The notes beneath the pieces were generated by a model. That model worked only from the letters and a program-made list of their open reading frames with translations, was not told the origin of the DNA and did no database searches. The position numbers and the translations under genes were made by a program. Positions 17,551 to 27,180 of a stretch of 64,000 bases of DNA are shown here, one piece after another (within the stretch, counting starts at the first letter, position 1; each line of letters starts with the position of its first letter). Origin of the DNA: an uncultured Acidimicrobiales bacterium. Its GTDB lineage: Bacteria; Actinomycetota; Acidimicrobiia; Acidimicrobiales; SHLQ01. The stretch covers positions 345 to 64,344 of the forward strand of contig CAYVHV010000014.1 in assembly GCA_964451305.1 (NCBI GenBank). Direction: 5' to 3'.

Positions 17551-18978
17551 ATGTTCATCAACGGTGAGTTTGTCGACGCCATCTCGGGCGCCACGTTTGA
17601 AGTAACCAACCCCGCGACTGGTGAGAGCCTCGGGCAGGTTCCTGACGGTGGGGCTGGCGATGCCGAGTCCGCGATTGCAGCTGCTGACGCGGCATTTGGT
17701 GAGTGGTCGCGCACCACCGCATACGAACGAGCCGACATCTTGATGGCCGCGTGGAGGCTTATGGGGGAGCGAGCGAGCGAACTCGCCGCCCTCATGACCG
17801 CAGAGCAGGGCAAACCCCTTCGAGCATCGGCGGCTGAGGTCAGCTACGGCGCCGACTTCATCCGGTGGTTCGCCGAGGAGGCCCGACGTCTGACCGGTGA
17901 GTGGATCCCGTCATCGCGAGCAAACCAACGATTCCTGTCCGTGCAGTCACCGGTTGGCGTCGTCGCAGCGGTGACGCCATGGAACTACCCAATGTCGATG
18001 CTCACCCGGAAGATGGCCCCCGCCTTGGCCGCGGGGTGCACCCTCGTGCTGAAACCAGCCGAAGCAACGCCGCTGAACGCGAAGGCGATCTTCGAGATCT
18101 TCCGTGATGCCGGTGTCCCCGACGGGGTGATCAACATGGTCACCGCTGCAAACCCGGCCCCGATCGGTGAGGTGTTCACGAGCGATCCGCGTGTCGCCAA
18201 GCTCACCTTCACCGGATCTACCGCGGTAGGCCGAGTACTCGCCGGTGCTGCCGGTGCGTCGCTCAAACGGGTCTCGGTGGAACTTGGCGGTCACGCTCCG
18301 TTCATCGTGATGCCCGACGCAGACCCGGTCCACGCCGCCAAGGGCGCCGCAGCACTCAAGTATTTGAACTCGGGCCAAGCGTGCATCAGCCCAAACCGTT
18401 TGTACGTCCCACGAGACGCCGTCGAGGCGTTCACCGAGACGATGGCGACCCGAGTCGGACGCATCAAAACGGGCAACGGCATAGGCGAAGGCGTTGGATG
18501 TGGGCCGCTGGTTAACGAGGCTGCGGTAGCCAAGGTCGAAGCGCAGGTCGACGATGCTGTTGTAAAGGGCGCCGAAGCCGTCGTTGGTGGTCACCGCCTG
18601 ATCGACGGCGAACATGGCGACGGGCACTTCTACGCGCCGACGGTGCTCTCGGGGGTTACGAGCGACATGGCGATTTACCGCCAAGAGACCTTCGGGCCCG
18701 TCGCTCCCATCATTGCCTACGACGACACCGACGACGTCATCGACATGGCGAACGACACGAACTACGGCCTCGCGGCATACGTCTATACCAACGACCTCTC
18801 GACGGCGATCAAAACGGTTGAGGCACTGCGCTTTGGCATCATTGGCGTCAACGATGTGAACCCGACGTCGGCGTCGGTTCCCTTCGGCGGCATGAAGGAT
18901 TCCGGACTGGGGCGCGAAGGCGCCCACGAAGGGTTGCTCGAGTATCTGGAGACCAAGACTGCGGGGATCGCACTCTGA
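17551..18978 (+). CDS. gabD: NAD(P)-dependent succinate-semialdehyde dehydrogenase family aldehyde dehydrogenase
   Basis: TPWNYP, KPAEATP, FTGST, ELGGHAPF, NSGQACI, ETFGPV, PFGGMKDSGLGREG. Confidence 0.85.
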   Translation: MFINGEFVDAISGATFEVTNPATGESLGQVPDGGAGDAESAIAAADAAFGEWSRTTAYERADILMAAWRLMGERASELAALMTAEQGKPLRASAAEVSYGADFIRWFAEEARRLTGEWIPSSRANQRFLSVQSPVGVVAAVTPWNYPMSMLTRKMAPALAAGCTLVLKPAEATPLNAKAIFEIFRDAGVPDGVINMVTAANPAPIGEVFTSDPRVAKLTFTGSTAVGRVLAGAAGASLKRVSVELGGHAPFIVMPDADPVHAAKGAAALKYLNSGQACISPNRLYVPRDAVEAFTETMATRVGRIKTGNGIGEGVGCGPLVNEAAVAKVEAQVDDAVVKGAEAVVGGHRLIDGEHGDGHFYAPTVLSGVTSDMAIYRQETFGPVAPIIAYDDTDDVIDMANDTNYGLAAYVYTNDLSTAIKTVEALRFGIIGVNDVNPTSASVPFGGMKDSGLGREGAHEGLLEYLETKTAGIAL

Positions 18979-19058
18979 GCATCCGCTTGGGCTGATGCAG
19001 CCACGACGAGCAGCGGATCGCTCTGTCCCACGTCAGCGGATTGCGATATCCTCGATTC

Positions 19059-19718
19059 ATGACCGGTGTCACATGGGATGAGCGCAAGCCAGGGGACTGG
19101 CTCGCGTCGAATGGCCGTTGGTATCCCGAGCATCAGCGCCCGCGAGGCTGGACCACGCTGGCACTGCCTCCAGCTCCTGGGCACGGGGGAGCGTCGCAGC
19201 TCCATTCGACGATCGCATCGAAAATCAACACGGCCAAGACCGAGTGGTCTCCGAGTTTCTCAGACTCCGACGACGACGAAGATGACTTCGACTTCGACTC
19301 CGACGGCGCAGTTTCGTTCGAGACAACAGCATCGGGTGTGCAGCCCAGTCGCGTTGCTCGTCCAAGGCCGACGGCAGCGAACGCCACAGCGACCAACGTC
19401 CGGACGTACAAGCATCGGATCGAGCGTGGTCCAGCTGCGCCAGCGCAGCTCCCACCGCCATCGCAATGGCGAGACAAGCCCGCGCAACCTCCCGCACCGC
19501 GAGCCCCCGCACCTCCGGGTCGCGTCTCGAACGAGCCCGCATCGCCACCGCCGCCACCGCGTTCAGTGCCGGCTCGGCGGTCGCCTAGCGGGAACGCCGG
19601 CGCACAGTCACCGACGGCCGCAGGGTACGCGAGCGACCTCGGACGGGTGCTCGGCAAGGCTCGCAAGCGGATCGAAGAAGCGATCGAAGAATCGGCGCAG
19701 GCAGGAAATGACCGCTAA
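19059..19718 (+). CDS. Hypothetical Pro-rich, largely disordered protein with N-terminal WLASNGRWYP motif
   Basis: TATCCT-N6-ATG start; stop overlaps the next start (TAATG); acidic patch and Pro-rich linker. Confidence 0.7.
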   Translation: MTGVTWDERKPGDWLASNGRWYPEHQRPRGWTTLALPPAPGHGGASQLHSTIASKINTAKTEWSPSFSDSDDDEDDFDFDSDGAVSFETTASGVQPSRVARPRPTAANATATNVRTYKHRIERGPAAPAQLPPPSQWRDKPAQPPAPRAPAPPGRVSNEPASPPPPPRSVPARRSPSGNAGAQSPTAAGYASDLGRVLGKARKRIEEAIEESAQAGNDR

Positions 19719-22700
19719 TGACCAACACTGAGTTCTCGCTCACCGACCGACTGTCATCGACCGAGGGCCAGATCACCTTGTCCGGAGCGCAGGCACTCTT
19801 GCGCGTTCCCGTAGACCAACACCGAGCCGACTCGGCTAGGGGGCACCGAACGGCGACACTGATCAGTGGATATCGCGGTTCCCCGGTCGCTGGGATCGAA
19901 GGGATCATCGCGCAACATCAGGGAATCCTCGATGCTGCGAACGTCTCGTTTATCAGCGGCGTGAACGAAGAGCTTGCGGCAACGGTTATCTGGGGTTCCC
20001 AGATGGCCGAGCTCGAGAAGACAAAACGCTACGACGGCGTGCTCGGCATGTGGTACGGCAAAGGTCCCGGTGTCGATCGCTCGGGCGATGCGTTCCGTCA
20101 TGCCAACACCGCGGGCGTTGGTCCACTCGGTGGCGTACTCGCCGTCGCTGGCGATGATCCTGAGTGCAAGTCCTCCACCATCCCGTCCGCGTCAGAATTC
20201 GCGCTCCACGACGCCGGGATGCCCGTGCTCTATCCATCGAGCGTGGCCGACGTACTGCGCCTCGGACGGTACGGCTACGAGATGTCTCGTTCATCGGGTC
20301 TGTGGGTTGGCTTCAAGCTCCACACCGACGTCGCCGATGGATTCGCGACCGTTCCCGCAGACGCTGGCGACCCGAAGATCACGCCATACACCCACGAGGT
20401 TGATGGGGTGCCGTGGCGAGCAACGGTCAACAACAACCTGATCTCCCCTGCGTCGCTCATGCTCGAAGAAGAGTTATTCGGCCTGCGGACCGAGGCGGCG
20501 CTCGCGTTCGCCCGCGAGAACCGCATGAATCGGTCCAGCGGATCGATGAGCCCGTGGCTTGGAATCGTCGTGGCGGGCAAACCGCTCGGCGACGTTCACG
20601 ACGCACTCGCACTCCTCGGGATCGACGATCAACTCGAAGAACTCGGCGTTGGCATCTACGTCCCTGGCATGATCTCGCCCCTCGAGCCGCAAGCACTACG
20701 AGCGTTCGCAAAATCTGTCGACACGTTGCTCGTGGTCGAGGCAAAACGTTCGTTCATCGAATCGCAGGTGCGCGACATCCTGTACGACGAGACGAACCCG
20801 CCACGCGTGTACGGCAAGCGAGATTGGAATCGTGATGCACTCGTCCCACTCGCTGGAGCGCTCAACTCGAAGAACCTCGTCGAGCCTCTGCGTCGCGTCC
20901 TCGAACGAAACATCGATCCCTCCCGACTCAAGAAACAGCGCGAGCGAATTCCGCTGATCGCGGACACCGGCGGTGCCGAGCTGCCCGTCCGCACCCCGTA
21001 CTACTGCTCGGGTTGTCCTCACAACTGGTCGACGGTCGTTCCCGATGGCTCGACGGCAGCTGCTGGTATTGGCTGCCACACGATGGCGATCTGGATGGGG
21101 CGAGACACCGAAGGGCTCACCCAAATGGGCGGGGAGGGTTCACAATGGGTCGGTACCGCACCGTTTATCGACGATGATCATCGCTTTCAGAACCTCGGCG
21201 ACGGCACGTTCTTCCACTCGGGTTCGCTCTCAATCCGCCAAGCCGTGTCGGCCGGAGCGAACATCACGTTCAAACTGCTCTACAACCACGTGGTCGCGAT
21301 GACCGGCGGGCAAGACGCAGCGGGCGAGATGCCCGTCCCCGAGCTGACCCGATGGCTGCGGGCCGAAGGCGTCGGAGCCATCGTCGTCGTCACGAACGAC
21401 CCCGACCAATACGGACCTGACGCCAAATTCGAGAAAGGCGTACGCATAGTTGAACGTGACGCATTCGACGAGGTCCAGCGCCAACTTCGCGAGCTCACTG
21501 GAGTAACGGCGCTCATCTACGACCAGGGGTGCGCAGCTGACCTTCGTCGTAGCCGCAAGCGCGGAACCACGGTGACACCGACAACTCGGGTGATGATCAA
21601 CGAGGCCATCTGTGAAGGCTGCGGTCACTGCGGCGAGGTCTCGAACTGTATGAGCGTGCACCCGGTCGACACGCCGTTCGGGCGCAAGACCCGTATTCAT
21701 CAAGAATCCTGCAACTACGACCTGAGCTGCCTCGGAGGGAACTGTCCAGCCTTTGTCACCGTCGAAATCGATCCGAACGACCGGGTCGAGAAAGTCCGTT
21801 CCGGTGCCGACTTTGCAAGCGGCGACAGCCCCGACGACCCCGAGCTTCCCGACGAAGCGACCCTCTTGATCGTCGGCGTCGGCGGCACCGGGGTCGTGAC
21901 GGCGAGCCAAGTGTTGTCGACCGCCGCAATGATCGACGGAAAGGTCGCCACCAGTCTCGATCAGACCGGACTCGCCCAAAAGGGTGGCCAGGTCATTTCA
22001 AACCTGCACCTCGGAAGCGAAACGCATCGAGGAGCGGCGAAGGTCGGCGTTGGAGAGGCCGACGCACTGCTGCTGTTCGACGTGGTCGGAGGGTCAATGC
22101 CAGCGGTCCTCGATCGAGGGAGCAGCGAACACACCCGAGCCGTGGTCTCGACAAGTCGAGTGCCGACAGGGCAGATGGTCACCACCCTCGAGCAGTCCGA
22201 GTTTCCAGAGAACGAACGCTTCAGGGCGCGCATCGACCAGGTAACACGTGCCGACGAGAACGTATGGATTGATGCCGAGGGGATTGCGCGGCACGTCTAC
22301 GCCAGCCAGCCAGCGGCGAACATGCTCGTCGTCGGCATGGCATACCAGATGGCGATGATCCCAGTTTCAGCGTCAGCAATCGAGCAGGCCATCAGTCTTA
22401 ACGCTGTTGCGACCGAGATGAACCTCTCGGCATTCACCCTCGGCCGTCGACTCGTCGCGGACCCCGATCTGCTCGCCGAGGTGTCGGCAAGCGCTGCGGT
22501 GATCGAGCCAGCGCCACCGGCCCCGACGGCGACCGTCCGATCGCTGATCGACAGCGTGCCGCAGATCGATGACGAGCTCGAGCAGATACTGCAATGGCGG
22601 ATACCCGAGCTCATCGCCTGGGGCGACACAGACTATGCGACCCGCTACGTGGCATCGATTGCGGCGGTGCGGCGTTCGGAGATCTCGGCATCGATCCAGG

Positions 22701-23194
22701 GGACGCCGCTGTCCTCGGTCGCAGCTCGACACCTCTTCAAACTGATGGCATACAAGGACGAATACGAAGTTGCCCGCTTGGCGCTGAACTCGGACATGGA
22801 AGCGCAGGCGAAGGAACGCTTTGGCCCAAACGCGTCGCTGAGCTATCAGCTGCACCCACCGACGCTGAAGAAGGTCGGTGTGAAGAACAAGATTGCGATC
22901 CCGTCGGCTGCTGCGACCAAGACGTTCAAGTCCTTGCTCAAGTCAAAGCGAATGCGAGGGACACGTTTCGATCCGTTTAGTAAGTCCGAAGAGCGCCGAG
23001 TCGAACGTGAGCTCATCACCGAATATGAACAGCTGCTGACACGACTGCACAGTGGGCTGACCCCCGACTCGGTAGAGCGAGCCGTCACCATTGCCGACCT
23101 CGCCGACCAGATCCGAGGATTCGACGAGATCAAGCTCGCAAACGTGAAGCGCTATCGCGAACAGGTCGCCGAAGCGCTGGCAGCGCTAGGGTAG
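19718..23194 (+). CDS. Indolepyruvate ferredoxin oxidoreductase family protein (fused alpha/beta subunits)
   Basis: SGYRGSP, WYGKGPGVDRSGD, RTPYYCSGCPHN, GDGTFFHSG, CEGCGHC, GVGGTGVVT, MAYKDEYEVAR. Confidence 0.93.
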   Translation: MTNTEFSLTDRLSSTEGQITLSGAQALLRVPVDQHRADSARGHRTATLISGYRGSPVAGIEGIIAQHQGILDAANVSFISGVNEELAATVIWGSQMAELEKTKRYDGVLGMWYGKGPGVDRSGDAFRHANTAGVGPLGGVLAVAGDDPECKSSTIPSASEFALHDAGMPVLYPSSVADVLRLGRYGYEMSRSSGLWVGFKLHTDVADGFATVPADAGDPKITPYTHEVDGVPWRATVNNNLISPASLMLEEELFGLRTEAALAFARENRMNRSSGSMSPWLGIVVAGKPLGDVHDALALLGIDDQLEELGVGIYVPGMISPLEPQALRAFAKSVDTLLVVEAKRSFIESQVRDILYDETNPPRVYGKRDWNRDALVPLAGALNSKNLVEPLRRVLERNIDPSRLKKQRERIPLIADTGGAELPVRTPYYCSGCPHNWSTVVPDGSTAAAGIGCHTMAIWMGRDTEGLTQMGGEGSQWVGTAPFIDDDHRFQNLGDGTFFHSGSLSIRQAVSAGANITFKLLYNHVVAMTGGQDAAGEMPVPELTRWLRAEGVGAIVVVTNDPDQYGPDAKFEKGVRIVERDAFDEVQRQLRELTGVTALIYDQGCAADLRRSRKRGTTVTPTTRVMINEAICEGCGHCGEVSNCMSVHPVDTPFGRKTRIHQESCNYDLSCLGGNCPAFVTVEIDPNDRVEKVRSGADFASGDSPDDPELPDEATLLIVGVGGTGVVTASQVLSTAAMIDGKVATSLDQTGLAQKGGQVISNLHLGSETHRGAAKVGVGEADALLLFDVVGGSMPAVLDRGSSEHTRAVVSTSRVPTGQMVTTLEQSEFPENERFRARIDQVTRADENVWIDAEGIARHVYASQPAANMLVVGMAYQMAMIPVSASAIEQAISLNAVATEMNLSAFTLGRRLVADPDLLAEVSASAAVIEPAPPAPTATVRSLIDSVPQIDDELEQILQWRIPELIAWGDTDYATRYVASIAAVRRSEISASIQGTPLSSVAARHLFKLMAYKDEYEVARLALNSDMEAQAKERFGPNASLSYQLHPPTLKKVGVKNKIAIPSAAATKTFKSLLKSKRMRGTRFDPFSKSEERRVERELITEYEQLLTRLHSGLTPDSVERAVTIADLADQIRGFDEIKLANVKRYREQVAEALAALG

Positions 23195-23223
23195 CGAAAC
23201 CAAACGAGCGAAAGGGTGCCGAC

Positions 23224-23685
23224 ATGGGCGTCTCGATCAAGGACATCGACGGTCTCAACGGGCTAATCACCGACCAATGGAGCGATTGGACCGACACGGT
23301 CGAAGTCACTCAGGACATGATCAACACATTTGCTGATGTCACCAAGGATCATCAGTGGATCCACGTCGACATCGAACGGGCGAACGCAGGACCCTTCGGC
23401 GGCCCCATCGCTCATGGCTTTCTCACCTTGAGTCTCGTCTCCCATTTCAGCGAGGCGAACTTTCCTGAGATCGACGGACTGCTCGGCGTTCTCAACTACG
23501 GAGCAGACCGTTTACGTTTCCTCAATCCCGTTCCAGCGGGGGCGAACGTGCACGCCAAGTCACGCATCATCGACATCACCGAGAAAGCCACTGGCATCTT
23601 GATGAAGACCGAGATTGCCGTGCACGTCGAGGGCGACGAGAAGCCCGCTGTGCTCTATGAATCTCTCGGCTTGTTGCTCGGCTAA
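23224..23685 (+). CDS. MaoC-family dehydratase
   Basis: FADVTKDHQWIHVD, IAHGFLTLSL, NYGADRLRF. Confidence 0.92.
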   Translation: MGVSIKDIDGLNGLITDQWSDWTDTVEVTQDMINTFADVTKDHQWIHVDIERANAGPFGGPIAHGFLTLSLVSHFSEANFPEIDGLLGVLNYGADRLRFLNPVPAGANVHAKSRIIDITEKATGILMKTEIAVHVEGDEKPAVLYESLGLLLG

Positions 23686-23761
23686 CGCCCAAGCACTCGT
23701 GTGACGTAAGAGTTGTCGGCAGGACTTGCTCCGCACCCATAGTCGGTGTGATTCTTTGGCC

Positions 23762-24169
23762 ATGCTTTCGGCAAATCTCGACTTCTCGACCATCCGCATT
23801 TTTCTGCACGTTCTGGCAGTGACCGTTTGGGTCGGCGGCCAGATCGTGATGATGGGAATCATGCCGATCTTGAAAGAAGCTGGCATCGACGGGCTCCCTG
23901 CCAAGGTGGCGAAGGGCTTCCAGAACGTGGCGTGGCCTGCAATGGCTGTCGCAATCTTCACCGGAATCTGGAACATCTTGGCGCTCAACAGCGTCGAGAA
24001 GACGTTCGCCTGGAACATGACATTTGGTATCAAGTTCCTCTTCGTCGTCGCGTCAGGCGCTGGTGCGCTCATGCACTCCAAGACCGACGACCCAAAGAAG
24101 AAGGGCCTGTTCGGTGCGATTGGTTTCTTCACCGCGATCATCGCGATGTTCCTCGGTTACGTCATCTGA
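23762..24169 (+). CDS. Four-TM membrane protein, CopD-like
   Basis: FLHVLAVTVWVGG, TGIWN, FGIKF. Confidence 0.7.
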   Translation: MLSANLDFSTIRIFLHVLAVTVWVGGQIVMMGIMPILKEAGIDGLPAKVAKGFQNVAWPAMAVAIFTGIWNILALNSVEKTFAWNMTFGIKFLFVVASGAGALMHSKTDDPKKKGLFGAIGFFTAIIAMFLGYVI

Positions 24170-24193
24170 ACTGAAGCGACGTCAACACGGGAT

Positions 24194-24895
24194 CTAGCGA
24201 AGGCTCCGAGACTCCCTACCAGACATCACGAGGTTGCCAATTTCGGCCATCAGTACGTTCGCGTTCTCGATGTGATCGTCGGTGTCGAACCAGATCGGGG
24301 ACCCGATATTCGCAACGACCTTATGACGTCCAAGTCGTGGCTTTGGTAGCGGCGTTCCCGGTTGCCACGCTTCGTCAGAGAATGCGAAACCAACGGGAAC
24401 AACAGCAGCGCCCGCAGCGCGAGCGATTCGAGACACACCGGGACGACCTTGCCCGACGCCGCCGACCTGATCTTTGGCTCGGGTGATCCGGCCCTCGGGC
24501 ATGATCGCTGTGGTTTGGCCGTCGAGGAGCGCGTCGACCATGGTTCGTTCCGCTGTGTCCTTGTCTTCTTTGCTGAATGGCACACAGCCAATGTTGCGAA
24601 AGAACGTGCCGGCGATGGGGTTCGAGAAGAAACGAGAGTTCACCCCGATTCGGCTCGTGATCCCATAGCGGCCGAGGAGGATGAGCGCTGCGGCAAGGTC
24701 GAACAAACTGGAGTGGTTTGCCGCAATGATCACCGGTCGATCGGTTGGGAGCTCGATCGTGTCGGGGAGATCGACGAGCGAGCTCAACCGGGCAACGACG
24801 TGCGAACCACCGACGGAGATCGCGTAGCGCTTCTCAAAACCTGTGGGAGTGAAGAGCTCTTTGGCCTCGCCCTTGCCGAACATCGCGGTTTGCAC
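24194..24895 (-). CDS. Lysophospholipid (1-acyl-G3P) acyltransferase family
   Basis: ANHSSLFD (HX4D), IMPEGRI, GVSRIA..VVPVG; TACAAT-N7-GTG. Confidence 0.88.
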   Translation of the reverse strand: MQTAMFGKGEAKELFTPTGFEKRYAISVGGSHVVARLSSLVDLPDTIELPTDRPVIIAANHSSLFDLAAALILLGRYGITSRIGVNSRFFSNPIAGTFFRNIGCVPFSKEDKDTAERTMVDALLDGQTTAIMPEGRITRAKDQVGGVGQGRPGVSRIARAAGAAVVPVGFAFSDEAWQPGTPLPKPRLGRHKVVANIGSPIWFDTDDHIENANVLMAEIGNLVMSGRESRSLR

Positions 24896-24987
24896 GTGGA
24901 GGATTGTACGTCGGCCAGATCATGGTGCGCCCTTACCGAGCGGTACGATCTCGCAACACCGGATCCTGCCACCTACGGAGGCCACCC

Positions 24988-26283
24988 ATGGTCGAACCTG
25001 ACTTCCTTGAGTTCTCGACGTTGAGCCTGCACGCTGGCCACCAACCCGACCCGGTCACCGGCGCTCGTGCAGTCCCGATTTACTGGTCGACGTCGTACAT
25101 GTTCGATAACACCGATCATGCCGCAGGCCTGTTCAACCTCGAAGTTCCCGGGCACATCTACTCCCGTATCTCGAATCCGACGACCGCTGTTCTCGAAGAA
25201 CGAATCGCAGCGCTCGAAGGTGGCGTTGGGGCGGTATGTACCGCAAGCGGTATGTCGGCATTCCATCTCGGGGTGGCGACGCTAATGGGTGCTGGCGGTC
25301 ATATCGTTGCGGCGCGAAACCTCTACGGCGGCACAGCGAACATCCTCACCCAAACGCTTCCCCGGTTCGGCATCACCACCACCTTTGTCGATCCCAACGA
25401 TCCGAGTGCCTTCGAAGCTGCGATTACCGAAGACACACGTCTCGTGTACGGTGAGACGCTCGGCAACCCCGGCATCGAGGTCATGGACATCGAAGCGGTG
25501 GCCGATGTGGCTCATCGCAACGGGCTGCCGTTGATGGTCGACTCGACCTTTGCAACCCCGTATCTCATCAAGCCGATCGAACATGGTGCCGACATCGTCA
25601 TGCATTCGATCACGAAGTTCATGGGCGGTCACGGTGTTGCGCTCGGCGGCGTGCTCGTCGATGGAGGACACTTCGATTGGGATGCCACGGGCGGGAAATT
25701 CCCAACGATGACCGAGCCATACGACGGGTATCACGGGCTTGCATTCTCCGAAGAGTTTGGGCCGGCAGCGTTCATCACCCGGGCGAGGGCCGAGGGGCTT
25801 CGGGACTTCGGGGCAGCGATCAGCCCCATGAACGCGTTCCAGATTCTTCAAGGTGTCGAAACGCTGCCCCTGCGTATGGAAAAGCATGTGGCGAACGCCC
25901 AGGCGGTCGTGGCGATGCTGCTCGAACACGATGCGGTGAGCTGGGTCTCGCATCCGAGCGCTCCGACGCATAAGGATCATGAGCTTGCCAAGCGGCTCTA
26001 TCCAAAGGGCGCCGGCGCGATCCTCAGCTTTGGGGTCAAGGGCGGGCGCGAGGCGGGCCGCAAGTTCATCGAGTCGGTCAAACTCGCATCGCACCTTGCA
26101 AACGTCGGCGACGCTCGAACGCTCGTGGTGCACCCCGGCTCGACCACCCATCAGCAGATGTCGGCCGAGGCGCTTCGAGTTGCGGGCGTTGGTGAAGATC
26201 TCGTCCGTTTATCCGTCGGCCTCGAAGATGAGAAGGACATTCTCGCCGACCTGTCCCAGGCGCTCCGTGCGTCGCAGCGCTAG
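24988..26283 (+). CDS. metY: O-acetylhomoserine sulfhydrylase / aminocarboxypropyltransferase
   Basis: YSRISNPT, LYGGT, DSTFATP, HSITKFMGGHG (PLP Lys), HLANVGDARTL; GGAGG RBS. Confidence 0.88.
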   Translation: MVEPDFLEFSTLSLHAGHQPDPVTGARAVPIYWSTSYMFDNTDHAAGLFNLEVPGHIYSRISNPTTAVLEERIAALEGGVGAVCTASGMSAFHLGVATLMGAGGHIVAARNLYGGTANILTQTLPRFGITTTFVDPNDPSAFEAAITEDTRLVYGETLGNPGIEVMDIEAVADVAHRNGLPLMVDSTFATPYLIKPIEHGADIVMHSITKFMGGHGVALGGVLVDGGHFDWDATGGKFPTMTEPYDGYHGLAFSEEFGPAAFITRARAEGLRDFGAAISPMNAFQILQGVETLPLRMEKHVANAQAVVAMLLEHDAVSWVSHPSAPTHKDHELAKRLYPKGAGAILSFGVKGGREAGRKFIESVKLASHLANVGDARTLVVHPGSTTHQQMSAEALRVAGVGEDLVRLSVGLEDEKDILADLSQALRASQR

Positions 26284-26295
26284 AGGAGCATCATC

Positions 26296-27105
26296 ATGGA
26301 GATCCAATTCCGGGGAGAGCCGGTTCGCATCGCTACCGGCGGCAAGAATCACGACAACGACCTGCCGGGGATCGTGTTGATCCACGGTTCGGGTATGGAC
26401 CGCACCGTATGGCAGCTGCAGAGCCGATGGCTTGCCCACCATGGCTACCGGGTCGCCGCCATCGACCTGCCCGGCCATGGCCTGAGCGGTGGCGAACCGC
26501 TCGAATCCATCGAAGAGATGGGGGAGTGGACCGCAGGAGTGATCCACGAGCTCGGACTCGCACCGGCCCACATCGTCGGGTTCTCGCTCGGCACCTACGT
26601 GGCGATCGAAGCTGCGGCGCAAGATCCGACGTGTGCAGAGTCCCTGGTCCTGATCGGCACGGCGTCGTCGATGCCGGTTCACCCCGAACTGCTCACATCG
26701 AGCTACGACGATATCCCGCGGGCGAGCCGGCTTATGACGTCATGGGGGATTGGAAGCAGAGCGCACCGCGGTGGGCACCAATCGCCCGGCACATGGCTTG
26801 TGGGCGCGTCTACCGCGCTTGTCGATCGATCGCCGGAGAACGCACTCGGGCACGATATGGCAGCATGTAACGCCTATCAGGGGGCGGTCTCCTCGGCAGC
26901 CAAGATTCAAGCTCCGGTCACCTTCGTCCTCGGTACCGAAGACAAGATGACACCGATCAAAAAGAGCGGCGATCTCCTCGATGCTGTCGAGAACAAGACC
27001 GTTGTTCGGATGGACAAGATCGGTCACATGATGCCGATCGAAGATCCGATCGGGGCGCGTGTTGCCATCGCCGATGCGACTGGCTGGTCCGGTCAGCGAT
27101 CCTAG
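26296..27105 (+). CDS. Alpha/beta hydrolase
   Basis: LIHGSG, DLPGHG, GFSLG nucleophile elbow, GTEDKMT, GHMMP. Confidence 0.9.
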   Translation: MEIQFRGEPVRIATGGKNHDNDLPGIVLIHGSGMDRTVWQLQSRWLAHHGYRVAAIDLPGHGLSGGEPLESIEEMGEWTAGVIHELGLAPAHIVGFSLGTYVAIEAAAQDPTCAESLVLIGTASSMPVHPELLTSSYDDIPRASRLMTSWGIGSRAHRGGHQSPGTWLVGASTALVDRSPENALGHDMAACNAYQGAVSSAAKIQAPVTFVLGTEDKMTPIKKSGDLLDAVENKTVVRMDKIGHMMPIEDPIGARVAIADATGWSGQRS

Positions 27106-27180
27106 AATTTGCGATCGGTCGACGCCGCTCGTAACCGATTGAGTCCTCGGAGGGAGGGTTGATCGGCCTAGCGTGGTCTC

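Noticed and set aside
17947..18927. 326-aa antisense ORF (likewise 14690-15538, 25282-26151, 37747-38841, 46286-47365, 50627-51682)
   Set aside because: Shadow frames of well-supported genes in high-GC DNA; no recognisable motifs
24900..24987. Possible SAM or SAM/SAH riboswitch upstream of metY
   Set aside because: The gap is short, holds divergent -10 elements (TACAAT on minus, TACGAT on plus) and lacks recognisable aptamer consensus
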